From: Neophaeotheca triangularis
Taxonomy: Eukaryota
Reading direction: 5' to 3'
Length of the DNA stretch: 64,000 nucleotides
NCBI GenBank assembly: GCA_054600435.1
Contig: BAAIJX010000009.1
Span: forward strand, 248,001-312,000
How positions within the stretch are numbered: position 1 is the stretch's first letter; each line of letters begins with the position of its first letter. The notes beneath the pieces are model-generated. The model saw only the letters and a program-made list of their open reading frames with translations, had not been told where the DNA came from and ran no database searches. The translations under genes and the position numbers were made by a program. This document shows, piece after piece, positions 24,215 to 35,630 of the stretch.

Positions 24215-24263
24215 CGTGGGCGTGGGCGTGGGCATAACCCCCCCACCCCCCCCCCCCTCCCCC
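24215..24263. repeat. (CGTGGG)3 followed by a ~26-nt poly-C tract
   Basis: Read directly, upstream of the antiporter gene. The minus-strand G-tract could form a G-quadruplex. Confidence 0.8.
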
Positions 24264-25127
24264 TGTCCTGTCACGGTCCTGTCCTGTGCAGGTGCCCTTC
24301 CCGCGTCTTGGAAGGGCTTCATGGCGCTTGAGTCGCGAAACTACGACACACAGACTCTCACACACAACAGAAGAGAGTGGTGAGTGGTGAGCACTACTAC
24401 TACTGTGAGCCCCGTTCACTACTACTGCCGCCGCCGTTTAAGACCCGGAAAATTATGCCAGTCTGCCCTGCCTATCACAGACCCGACGACCCCCAAAAGC
24501 CGCCAAAACTCGACGTGGTCGACGTGGTCGAGGCAGTTGAGGCACTTCGAGAGTAGTCTGCCAAGGGACAAGTCTCGTTGGACGTTGACGTTGGTGCTTT
24601 GACGAAAGGAACGCCTCCGCTGCCGGCTACCCTATCTTCGGAGAAAGAGCATCTGCTGGTCCCTTTCGTGTCCTTCCCCATCATCTTCATCATCCCTCCA
24701 CTACTCCCGTCTCTTCTCAGATTCTGCTGTGGCGAGCAGTTTGCGACAGCTTTTGTTCGTGTCTCTTCTACCTTGCTTTGTCCTGCGACGACTCGGCACC
24801 TGGGCATATTTCGTCGAGTTTCATGCATTGCCTCTGTATCTTCACCCTCGAGCATATTATTTCAAAGCCGTCGACTGTTTAGAGCGTGTCCAGTCGCATC
24901 TTCTTCATTTTGCTTTGTTGAAGCGGAGAAGCTGCTGCTACTGTACTCGCGCAAGTGTCGCGTGAGAGAAAGTCTCGGACGGCTGCCTTTTTTCTTTTTC
25001 TTACCATTTCTGCTTCTTATTCGCCTCATTCGACGACCTCTTGCTGGACTTTTGCCGACTTTTACGATTGAACGATTGTACAGACCCAAAGACCTGGCAT
25101 GCATAGCGCCCTCGCTTGCTGCCCATC

Positions 25128-27763
25128 ATGCCGACTCTCGATGTCAGCAACCTCAATGTCATTATATCCATCCTGGGTTTCTTCACCGTTGCCTATGGAT
25201 TCATGTCGGTGAAGATTAAGCAGGTGTGGTATTTGGGAGAAGCTCGTGGGTTACCATAGAATTTTACAGTCCGAGCAGAAAATCTGACATGCCGCAGTGC
25301 CTGCCGTCGTCTTTGGCATCGCACTTGGCCAAGTCAGCGCCCGATGGATCAATCCCGATGATTGGGTGGGAGACGAAGAAAACCGGAATGCCATCACCTT
25401 GGGCATGTGTCGCATCGTGATTGGTGTTCAGCTGGTCATTGCCGGGTTTCAGCTGCCTGCCAAGTATCAGTGGGCTCGTTGGAGACCGATGGCCATTTTG
25501 CTGCTGGGTACCATGACCCTGATGTGGCTCTGCACGACTGGCTGCATGATGGCTACGGTGCCGCACCTCACCTTTTTGGCCGCCCTCGTTATTGGGTCTT
25601 GCGTCACGTGTACAGATCCGATTTTGTCGCAAGCCATCGCCAAAGGACCTTTTGCCGACAAATACGTGAAAAGAAATCTTCGTGAAATCATCTCTTCCGA
25701 GGCTGGAGCGAACGACGGTTTTGGTTTTCCTTTCCTGATGCTCGCGACCTACCTCATACGGCACGCCTCGAATCCGGACTTTGATTTGTCTCAGGATGGT
25801 GAAGGTGGTCACCTGAACGAGCACAGTGACGTTGGGCGGCAGGGAGGTGGCGGTGGGGAGGCCGTGAAGATGTGGGTCGTGGAGACATTGCTCTACACCA
25901 TTCTCATGTCGATTGCCTATGGTGCGGTCTTGGGCTTTATGAGCCAGTACGGGATCCGGTTTGCTCTGAGAAGGTGGGTGGTTCGATGTTTAAATGGCCG
26001 TGGAGCGGTTGCTGACGTTTCTTTAGACGCTGGATCGATACCGAATCATTTCTGCTCTGGCCGACCGCTCTCGGTTTGTTCATCGTCGGGACATGTGGGT
26101 TGCTGGGTACCGATGATCTGCTAGCCTGCTTCACGGCAGGAAACTGCATGAACTGGGATGGACAGTATCTTGAAGAAGCGGAGGAGAGGCACGATGAGGT
26201 GAACCCGTACGACTACCAGCTTGCCCAACTCCGTCATTCAGCTCGTTTGCTAACTGATAGGGCAGCTCGATTGATGTTATGTTAAATTTTGGCGGTAATT
26301 CTATTCGCACAGAGCCCCCATATCAGTCCTCTGACTAACGAGCGACCAGGATTCATGTATATCGGAGCGATTCTCCCGTGGGACCAATTCAGCGACCCAG
26401 ATGGGACAGGGTTGACGTACGGACGACTCGTGGGCCTTGGCTTCATGATTCTTGCGTTCAGAAGACTGCCGCCGATCTTCCTGACGTATAAGTTCATGGT
26501 GAGCTGTCCCCCAGAACCCTCCTGGGTACTTTTCATGCCTTGCAACTTCAAAACGCTAATAAGAACTTTCAGCCTGAGGTCTTCGATAACTACTGGGATG
26601 CTTTGTTCGCTGGTAAGTGTTCTCCGAGCACCTTGGATCAAGGTGTTGAAGTTATCGTTGGGCCGTACGGCGAAACATCTCGACCCTTTTTATTCACCAA
26701 AGGTTCCCACACATCAATAACAGCTGCTAATCACGTGTACAGGTTATTTTGGTCCGATAGGCATAGGTTTGTAATACGGCTGTGTACGTAGTACGACGGC
26801 GCTGACGAATTCATCCAGGTGCGGTCTTTTACGTCGAACACACCCGGCACCTTTTCCCGCTCCCTGGAGAGGCCCAGACGTCCGAAGAAGACTGGCTGGT
26901 CCGGCTTATGATTCCAGTAGTGTACTGGCTCGTCTTCTTTAGCATCGTCGTCCATGGGTTGTCGATTCCGTAAGTCCAATACATCAAAAACCGCCAGAAC
27001 CCGATTTTTGACTAGAATACTTGCAGGGCTCTGAATTTCGCGCTCAAGCTCAAGGGCGTTAAGCCCATTGTCGACGGTGAGTATCCCTCACGATGGATGA
27101 GAGTAGTGAGTGGTAGGGCGCAAAGAAAAGCCGACAGCTATACACTGTCCAGCTTGGCAAATCTGACCTGCTACTCTCTACCTCCATCCATCGTGACTTC
27201 AATCCTTAGGCTCTAGGGCACCGCTAACACTCTCATCCAGATGATGAGGGCCCGACCGAGATGAGACGCCTCAGCATGGCTCAATCGCTTCCAAAGAACG
27301 CTCGGGCAAGCATGGATCCGCGGAGAGCAAGCATTGTCGTAAGTTACCAACGTTCGGACCGTATACCCTCGAAATCAGAGCTAACGGACGCTGGAAGGTC
27401 AACAACCAATTTACGAGGACAAGACCTTTGTCACGGTCCAGAAGTCGTGCTGGCAGCGATACTCGAAGCCGACTCAGTCGCCAAGCAAGCCGTGTCGGCA
27501 GTCGAACGGAAGCCCAAGACTTCCAGATGTACCCGTCGACTTCTTATCCAGATCTCCAGCGTTCATACGAAACCGAGCCTCAGCAGGGCGACGCGGGCGA
27601 TGGGGCGAACCTTACAAAGAGTGTCAGCAACGTCTCTGGCGACATTCCCTGGTCTCGTTCAATAACGTTCCACGAACCTAAATACCCAGCTCGAAAGCCT
27701 CCTGGTAGCCCCCGTCCTCCGGTGCCCCCGAAGGACGGTCAGGACTCTGGGGATTTGGTTTGA
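25128..27763 (+). CDS. CPA1-family Na+(K+)/H+ antiporter (Nha1/Sod2-like), 11 exons
   Basis: Introns 25246-25297, 25974-26026, 26207-26265, 26295-26349, 26499-26572, 26613-26742, 26767-26818, 26970-27026, 27077-27240, 27339-27397 give one continuous frame. Motifs TCTDPILS, SEAGANDGFGFPF, GTDDLLACF, FRRLPP, GYFGPIGIGAVFY, SIVVHGLSIP. Confidence 0.88.
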
Positions 27764-28658
27764 GAGAGGTTGTTTAAGGGTGGCATGGAAATTTTGTATC
27801 ATCTAGACGTGCTAAATTGCAGCATTTGAGACAACAGACCGACCGATCAATCAATTACGCGAAGTGTTGACTCCAATTGTAGAGCTGTTCTCGAAGATAT
27901 CCGCACCTTTCAGTGACCTCTTGAACTTTCATCGTTGCATTGTGGTAGGCACCGACAGCACGAGTCTATAACGGTAGAGTTCAGCAGCGGCGTCCAATTC
28001 GGGTTAGCGCCAAGCGTGGCATCAAGTGCACATACGCTCAAGCAGGAACTTCATCTCTCTCCTTTCTATCTACTACTACATTACGCATCTAACTCCATCA
28101 CAGCACTCCCGATGCCAGAGGCGAAAAGCAAAGGCTTACATGGGAAGATGTCCGATTCGAGCAGTATGCGGTCTCGACTTCGACAGCGCCTGCTGTTCTG
28201 CCAAACTAGCAAGGAGAACAAAATCTATCTTCGCCAGCCATGACAGGCTCACTCACAACTCTGGGTGTTTCGCAAATTATTTCTTTTTTCACCTCTTCTA
28301 TACTCTTCCGTCGCCTTCATCTTTCCAACGGCTACCGCATTACCCTCTTTCTGCGGCATGACTGATGGCATCTGCGTGGATGGCTGCCTTGAAGAACCAG
28401 TCTTCACTGTAGTTTGTGGGAGTGCACTGGGCCTGGAAGTAGACAGTTTTTCCTCGGTTGACATTTCTGTCACGCTCTAATGCGGCCTGTCCTAGCATGA
28501 GTCTCCACAGTCTAAGATTATCACGGTCTTGCAGTGGAATCTTTTCCCAGTGGCCCAGGTTCAGCCTCAGACTCCGCTACCCAGATAATTGAATACCCTC
28601 GCCACCTTTATACAAACCACTTCTCTCCACCCCACCTTCTGCTTTACCCCTTCTCTCA

Positions 28659-31270
28659 CTAGCGCTCCGCATTGCCCTCGCCATCTCCAGCATCCTCCGC
28701 CTCGCCTTCGCCCTTTACAATACCCACACCAATGCGCGCTCGCTCGAGCAGACATTCCACCTCATCGTGAACGAGGAAGCCAGCTCTCGCCACCAGGTCA
28801 CGTGAGCCGTCGGCGAATGCACCGACTCGCCCGCAGCAGTCCAGTGGAAAAGAAGACATGGTTGTAAGAAACTCGAGCGCTTTCGTAGGTCCTTTCTCCA
28901 CGACTGCCGCCAATTGTCCCATCTTTCAACCGCTCTCGGCAGTGCTGGTGCAAGAATGGGGAGCCTTCTTCCTCGGCTGGCTGCTGTGAAGGGGGTTCGT
29001 GGCTTTTCTGGCATGAGAACGGTTACTGTGTTTCTCTCTTTCTCTCAACTTTCACTGGGATTGCTCTTGGGTACGCGAATTGGCCTTCATTACACAGTCC
29101 AGTCCATCTTCCCGGCCATCTGTGTACGGTAAATAGACACCAGCATGCCCTGGCAATGGGGAGCGACACCCAGCACAACAGCTTCTCACCAACATCGCAG
29201 CCACTTTGGAACAAAACGTTTGCGCCGAATATAAGCCCCTGAACTCCCGTTACTACACATGATGCCGTTGCTCACTTTGAAGGCGATACTCAGACAGACT
29301 CTCTCTCGCTGTCACTCTTCCAAAAAGTGAAGTCTATCCCAACTTTGGCCTGTGTTACGATCTCTACTCTACCTCGGCTACAAGTGAACAGGGTGCTATT
29401 ATTGGAATAGGGAATGCCAGTAGCGCTAGGGACGAGCAAAATCGGCGGAAATGGTATTCTCATTTCAACACCCTTCTGTTGGAAAACCCTCCCCAGCAAA
29501 CTCTGCACGAGTTTTGGACTAGCAGTTGCCCTTCTACTCATTGTATGCCATGCCCCGACTACGTAATAGATAGAGCACTGTTTACGAACGACGAATCGCT
29601 GTCGCTGCTAAGGACAAGCAACAGCGGCTTGCAACTCAATCTTTTAGGGAGCTTATGGGTTGGAAATGGCACTTTTGAGATAAAAGAAAGCCTCCCCGGT
29701 AAAATCAGCATCGATTTTAGAGCAGCATCTCGGGCTTCACCTTGCTCTTTATCCTACGTTGGTCATGGAAAGACTGGGCGCTCTTACTGACGGCTATGGA
29801 GCTCAAATTGCCAGGTACAGCTGAGACCTCCTATTCTACTAGCACTTTTGTGCTGAAAACCGCTCCCTGGCAAGACGAACCGATCCGACCAGGACTCCTC
29901 CACCACTGCTCAATCAAAGCCAGAACGTCCTCGCCGCTCTGGTCCCTACCAAGGCCCACATCTGGATTCGCGCACTCTACTCCAAAGAGCGTTAGCCGGA
30001 GTACCGTGAAACACCTACTCTTCTTCGTAGCTCTGCAGCGCTTCCCCTTCGCGACCAGCCCGCCAGACTTCCTCATCTCCCATCTTGTGCGCTTGGCTGT
30101 CGTGCGTGAGCCGTAGAGCAACACCGCCGGACCGGCCAACGTTCGAACGCAGCTCATTCTCCGTATGTACTGGGTTGACACTTTCGGCCGCTGCGACTGC
30201 GGCAAAGCAATCCTGCTTACCCTTTGCCGTTCCCTTCGGCAAAAATTCGTCGAGATAAGCCATCGTCTACTGAGGGAGAGGATCTGTCTAGACTTTGAGT
30301 ACTTCGGGCGCGACTTCGACTTCTCCGTTTATGATTTATCGTCGAAAGAGGTTCTTGATGGCGCGGGCGTTCTGCCCTCTGCTTTGGGCAGAGCGCTTTT
30401 GGCGACTGTTCGGATACTCGAAGCCGGTAGACGAGAAAACCACCCAGACCATGGCGATTTCTTCTGCTTGCATGCCACCGATCTCAAGGGTAATGGTTGG
30501 GTCAAAAGCGCCAGTGACGCTGGGTCTCCGTCGCAAGCTCGGATGGCGTTCCTGTCGAGTCTGTGACACTGCCGTACTTCTTGGTCAGGCAGGATGCAAA
30601 CCTGTCGTTTTGTAACGTTGCGACGGGTGGAAACGTTTTCCTCGTTGTCGAGGGGCTATACTTGGCATTTTTGGGCCAGTCTGGACCACCGTCCTTGACT
30701 AGTTCATCTTCCGCATTGTTCTCAATGGTCGTCTGTCGCAGCGGCTTGCTGATCGAAGGGAAGCAACTTCTTGAGCGCCTGAGCCCGACTCGAAAGAGGC
30801 TTGGACGGCCAGAGAACCCAAGTTTTCGACTGCCTTGAGCTCATGGAAAGCCAAGCAAACCTTCTCTTCCTCGATGAATCTTCTGAGCGTATGCGCATCC
30901 CTGATGTTGAGATAGCCCGGCACGTGGCGTATGCTCTTGGCATTGCCATCGAGCCTGGCACATGACATGGATATGATGGATCAGGAAGGGCGCTTTGTTG
31001 AGCTTGATCTTCTCTTCTTCCTCTCCGGCCGGGGTTTCAGGTGTTTCGTAAGGCTTCGATTTTCGCGGGAGCGGCAGTGGAGGCGCGACACTCACACTTT
31101 AGGCCTCGCGGTGGCTCATCTTCACCGTCGGATACCTCGACGCTGTGTGCCGACTTCCTGCTTCTTTTTGTAGAATGTGTCGAGGCTGGGGATGTGGCAT
31201 CCGAAAACTGCCGTGCTCTTTTTTCGGGGGGCGGTGTCTTTGGCTTCGAACATTGGGGGGTCGGGTCCAT
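28659..31270 (-). pseudogene. Probable decayed gene of unknown function
   Basis: Chain of protein-like minus-strand ORF fragments (MDPTPQCSKPKTPPPEKR..., ...RRFIEEEKVCLAFHELK..., ...MAYLDEFLPK..., ...VHDEVECLLERAR...) broken by stops and frameshifts, with some intron-like relics. No family recognised. Confidence 0.4.
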
Positions 31271-31650
31271 GATCGAGGGAATAGACAATTAGAAGAATTA
31301 GTTATACTTGGTCTTTTCCGCGATCGAAAAGAAAGCCGAGAAGAAGCTAGTTGAGCTGCCTCTCTGTGTACTCGGCTATCCTTGATCGCGATGTGGGGTT
31401 AATGATCGGCCAGGATCAGATCCTCCGTTGAGTGAGGAAAAGAAAAGCCAAACCATATCACACATTCAACTAATCAAGCCTGATCGTACGAGTAAAAGAA
31501 AGCCAGAACTGGGATAATGGCGCCCGCCCGCTCGAGCCCGTATCAAATCTTACCTACGGTATTGAGAAAAATCAAAGATCGATGAGCTCTCCAGAAACTA
31601 TGGTGGATCTGACAGATGCAAGATGAAACACCTTCAACTTCATCAAACAT

Positions 31651-32949
31651 CTACCTGCCCGGCGGCTCCAAAATCTCCAAAAAAGCATCCACCAATTCCC
31701 CGGGCTGCTCGAAGAAATCAAACATCACCAACCCCAACCTCTTCCCCTTCATCTCTCGCAAAATCGGCAACAACTGCTGATTCACACCCCCTTTCGGCGT
31801 CTTCTCCTTCCCATCCCCCAGAGCCTGTATCTCAGGCGAATTAGGCGGATCCGCGTCCATCTTGGTACTGGAAGCGAACGTCCAGAAAAAACCTCCCGCC
31901 TCCTCGGAGCTAGCCGCACGTTTGAGATGGGCGACCGTGGCATCGACCTTGGAGGCGATGTAGTCGGCGGCAGTGGCCGGGGGACTGCCTTTGGGTGGTG
32001 TCTTGGGGTGGTAGTAGTCTTCGATATGAGCTGTGCCGCCCGTGGATTCGTTGTAGGTGATTTCGGTGTTGGCGCCGTTAACGGTCCAGTCGTTGGGGCT
32101 GAAGTGGAGGCCTGGTAGCGCGGCAGTGTAAGATGAGGGGAGTTTATCTAAATCGAAGCGGCGGAGGAGGGTGATTTTCCCGCGCGTATCGCCTAGCGTG
32201 CCCAGTTCGTTCTTTGCTTGGTTGGTATAGCGGTGTGCGACTGGGTTTGTAAAGGCTGAGAAGAGTTGGCGTTGTAGGCTTTCATCCTGCGTGGCGTGTG
32301 GTGTTGTCCCGCCTTCGTATTTGAAGGACAAGAATAGTGCTTCACTTGGGTGGTCGTCTAGCCACTTGTAGAAAGAGAAGAGTACGTCCGGCAGCGTCGC
32401 CGTTTGAGATTGCAAGCCTTTGCCATGCCAAAACACGATGCTAGTGTTGGTCACATCGAAGGCATATCTCATGTCGAATGCTCGTATCCCCTTGTTGAGA
32501 GCTCCAATGATGGGTACATCTTGACATCGATACTCTTCCGGTGGATGCTCGGTTGGTTGTACAAGCTCGGTGATATGGTTGAGAGACTGCTGGGTGGCAA
32601 GAGTATAGTTCCATGTCGCAGAATCGTGAGTACCGGGAATGTTCATTTGAGTGACCGGGGTGCTGTCTGGCCATTTCGACATCCACGTAGAGTAGCGGTC
32701 TTGGATATTGACATAGTCCCCAAAGATGGGGGAAGCATCATCAAGAACCTTTTGCAGAGCATGTTCCGTCAAGGAGGCGTCAGGGGTTGTAGTTTTACGA
32801 GCATCAGGGTCGGGAGCGAGTGAGCTCATTGTGAGTTTTGTGGGAGGCTCGGATTTGAAGTGCAGGGAAAAGAAAATGACAACTATTAAAGCGACACTAA
32901 TCGCCAGTACCAGTTGCCTAGCCTGAGTGAACGATGGACTTGGAGCCAT
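31651..32949 (-). CDS. PI-PLC X-domain phosphodiesterase with N-terminal signal anchor
   Basis: Likely start MAPSPSF at 32949, then a hydrophobic segment. Motifs TWMSKWPD, MNIPGTHDSATW, RCQD...LNKGIRAFDMR, FWHG, LGDTRGKITLLRRF, GLVMFDFF. Confidence 0.88.
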   Translation of the reverse strand: MAPSPSFTQARQLVLAISVALIVVIFFSLHFKSEPPTKLTMSSLAPDPDARKTTTPDASLTEHALQKVLDDASPIFGDYVNIQDRYSTWMSKWPDSTPVTQMNIPGTHDSATWNYTLATQQSLNHITELVQPTEHPPEEYRCQDVPIIGALNKGIRAFDMRYAFDVTNTSIVFWHGKGLQSQTATLPDVLFSFYKWLDDHPSEALFLSFKYEGGTTPHATQDESLQRQLFSAFTNPVAHRYTNQAKNELGTLGDTRGKITLLRRFDLDKLPSSYTAALPGLHFSPNDWTVNGANTEITYNESTGGTAHIEDYYHPKTPPKGSPPATAADYIASKVDATVAHLKRAASSEEAGGFFWTFASSTKMDADPPNSPEIQALGDGKEKTPKGGVNQQLLPILREMKGKRLGLVMFDFFEQPGELVDAFLEILEPPGR

Positions 32950-33212
32950 GACTGTGTTGCTGCGGTATGTAGTGGTTAGGGCATAGCATTGATGGTGTTT
33001 CGAAGAGGCAGGCAAGTTGCCCAAACCCTCACCCCAAGGACAACTCTTCCAACATGTCCAGCTCGCCTGCACCTGCAGTGCACACTTGGCCCGTGTCGAA
33101 ACCGCGTCATGCTCACCATCTCCAACGCCTCTTCACATTAACTTGAACATGGCCACCTCACATAATGCGACACCTCCACCTGTAGGGATTGAAGGGATTG
33201 ACGGGATCGATC

Positions 33213-34385
33213 ATGGGCTACGATTCCGACGACGAGGACCTCTATGGCATTCCAAAACATCGACAATCCTCCTTTGACCGAAGTTGGGATTCCTGGTTAA
33301 GATTCGCCTATCGGAAATCGCGTCTACTTATATTGAGCGCAGCATGCCTCATCTACATGATATACTGGCTATCATCTGACCCTCTACCCCCAAAAGTCGA
33401 TTGGTCTCGATTCGCATACAGTCAGTATGTCACAGACTCGCACTCACTATGCAACGCACTCATGGTCTTCGAGTCTCTCCATCGCTTTGGTAGCAAAGCA
33501 GACCGAGTCCTCCTCTACCCCGAGCAATGGGACACCCACATCAGCTCCAGTCGAGACAGAGACAGTCAACTGCTCAACCTAGCACGAGACAAATACAACG
33601 CCGTCCTCCAACCCATCCAACTCATCAACGCCGCCGGTCACGCCGACCCGGGAACACTCCAAGACCCCAGCACGTGGGACACGAGCATAACCAAACTCCG
33701 CGCCTTCGAACTCACTGTCTACAAACGCGTCCTCCACCTAGACAGCGACATAACCCTCTTCGAACACCTCGACGACCTCTTCCTCCTCCCCAGAACCCCC
33801 ATGGCCATGCCCCGAGCCTACTGGTCCGACGCACCCTCTAACGCCCGACCCCTCACCAGCCTCCTAATGCTCCTCGAACCGAACCGGAAAGACCTGAAAT
33901 GGATGCTAGACACCCTCCAGCACTGGCAATACGACCCCAACCTCGCCGCAAGCTACGACATGGAACTGCTCAATTCGCGCTTCGGGGCCTCGGCCCTCGT
34001 CCTCCCACACCGCCCCTACGCCCTGCTGACGGCCGAATTCCGCCGCCACGACCACTCGGCGTATCTCGGAACGCCGCGCGAGCTGCAAAGCACGACCTGG
34101 GACGCGGACAAGATCCTCAACGAAGCGAAACTGGTCCATTTCTCCGACTGGCCGCTCCCCAAACCTTGGGTCATGTGGCCGCAAGAGGGTCTGGCGGAAA
34201 TGCAACCGAGTTGTGGGGGCACGATGGAGGGGACGTGTAGGGAGAGGGAGATTTGGAAGGCGCTGTATACGGATTTTAGGAAGAGGAGGAAGGATGTTTG
34301 TAAGATTTTGAGTGTGCCGGCGCCGCAGTGGGAAACTTGGAAAAAGACTGTTGGGGCGGGCAATGGGACTAGTATGCCGGAGTGA
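33213..34385 (+). CDS. GNT1: Glycosyltransferase family 8 (Gnt1-like), type II membrane protein
   Basis: ATG at 33213, TM segment, then WSRFAYSQYVTD, LCNALMVFESL, TKLRAFELTVYKRVLHLDSD (DxD), AMPRAYW, YDMELLN, HFSDWPLPKPW. Confidence 0.82.
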   Translation: MGYDSDDEDLYGIPKHRQSSFDRSWDSWLRFAYRKSRLLILSAACLIYMIYWLSSDPLPPKVDWSRFAYSQYVTDSHSLCNALMVFESLHRFGSKADRVLLYPEQWDTHISSSRDRDSQLLNLARDKYNAVLQPIQLINAAGHADPGTLQDPSTWDTSITKLRAFELTVYKRVLHLDSDITLFEHLDDLFLLPRTPMAMPRAYWSDAPSNARPLTSLLMLLEPNRKDLKWMLDTLQHWQYDPNLAASYDMELLNSRFGASALVLPHRPYALLTAEFRRHDHSAYLGTPRELQSTTWDADKILNEAKLVHFSDWPLPKPWVMWPQEGLAEMQPSCGGTMEGTCREREIWKALYTDFRKRRKDVCKILSVPAPQWETWKKTVGAGNGTSMPE

Positions 34386-35086
34386 TTTGGGAGGGAAGGG
34401 AAGGCAAGGCCTTGTTTGGATAAATTTACAGCTTGGCTGTTTGCGGGTGTATAGGGAGATACCCAGTGTCGTGCGAGATTTTACCCAAGCTTTGATCGTA
34501 AGTACATTATGCTGCTGGGGACATGGTTGTGCTTATGTCAATGCACATGATTAGGCTGCAGCGCTTCTTACACCCGTCGAGAGTACAAGTACAGTATTAA
34601 CCCCTCACCCCTGATTGCTGACGACTGTCCAGAGCGAGAACATCTGAAGCGCAACGGCTGACTTGAAATACAATGGCCTTGGCTTTACATGGATCGATCC
34701 ATTCGAGCGTTACCGGGCTAGCTCGTCAATCGCCCCTTTGCAAGTCAAAAAGTTCGCCTAGGATTTCAATGTTGGCGAGGATGTGTGATTTGTATTCCAT
34801 GACACCGCTGCTGGGTTCTGAGCGGCGCTGTGAAATTCATAGAGGTTCTGGACGACCGGAATGCCCCAACGCCCAGGTGAATTGTACAAATCTTCAATAC
34901 AAGAATGTACATAGCAATGTGCACCCACCCACCCACCCTCTCACTATGCCATCTCCCGACCTACCCACAGAGAACGCAAGCAAACCGCCGCTCCAGAAAA
35001 ATGCCTTCCCAGTCCACAAAAACCATGACGCTAATACTGCTGCAAACCGATGAGTGACAAACCGAAGAAAAAAAATGAAAGACGAC

Positions 35087-35551
35087 TCAACGCAAGAAAA
35101 CCTCCACCACCCCTGGCAAAACATTCTCCCTTCCCAACTTCCCAGCCCCAATCCGTCTCCTAGCCGCTTGACCACTCACCCTCCTGAGCGCCTCAGCATC
35201 GAAATCGCCTTTTACCCCAACACTCCGGAATTCACGCAGGGGTGATGCCACGGGCGGTAGCGCCGGTCTCTCGGACCGCAGGATTGGGGTCTTGAGTTTG
35301 AGGATCGGCGAGTCGGGGCGGAAAATGGGGGATGTTGCTGTTGTTGGGGTTGAGAAGGGTAAGCGTTCTGAAAGCGGTCTGGGGGGCGAGCTTTGTTCGC
35401 GGTCGAGGTCGAGTTGTTTGAGAGCTGTGGCGGCGAGGCCTGCAGTTGAACTGGCGGCGGTGCGGAGGTAGGTTGTTGCTGTGGAGCCTGCGATAAGAAA
35501 GTTGGTGAGTACGAAGAGGAGATGGGTGGGAGAGGTAGGGTGCGCGGACAT
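35087..35551 (-). CDS. Putative small hypothetical protein (154 aa)
   Basis: ATG ORF with a hydrophobic N-terminal stretch and TATATAAA immediately upstream (35570-35563). It starts only 80 bp after the Sec24-like stop. Confidence 0.4.
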   Translation of the reverse strand: MSAHPTSPTHLLFVLTNFLIAGSTATTYLRTAASSTAGLAATALKQLDLDREQSSPPRPLSERLPFSTPTTATSPIFRPDSPILKLKTPILRSERPALPPVASPLREFRSVGVKGDFDAEALRRVSGQAARRRIGAGKLGRENVLPGVVEVFLR

Positions 35552-35630
35552 TTGAAGGGTGGTTTATATATGTAATGCCGAGATGTGGATTTTGTTTGGG
35601 GCAAGTGCAAAATGCCGGGAGGAGGGTCAC

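Noticed and set aside
24578..25219. 213-aa ORF upstream of and overlapping the antiporter start
   Set aside because: TTG start, composition reflects pyrimidine-rich 5' UTR sequence, and the true frame starts at ATG 25128.
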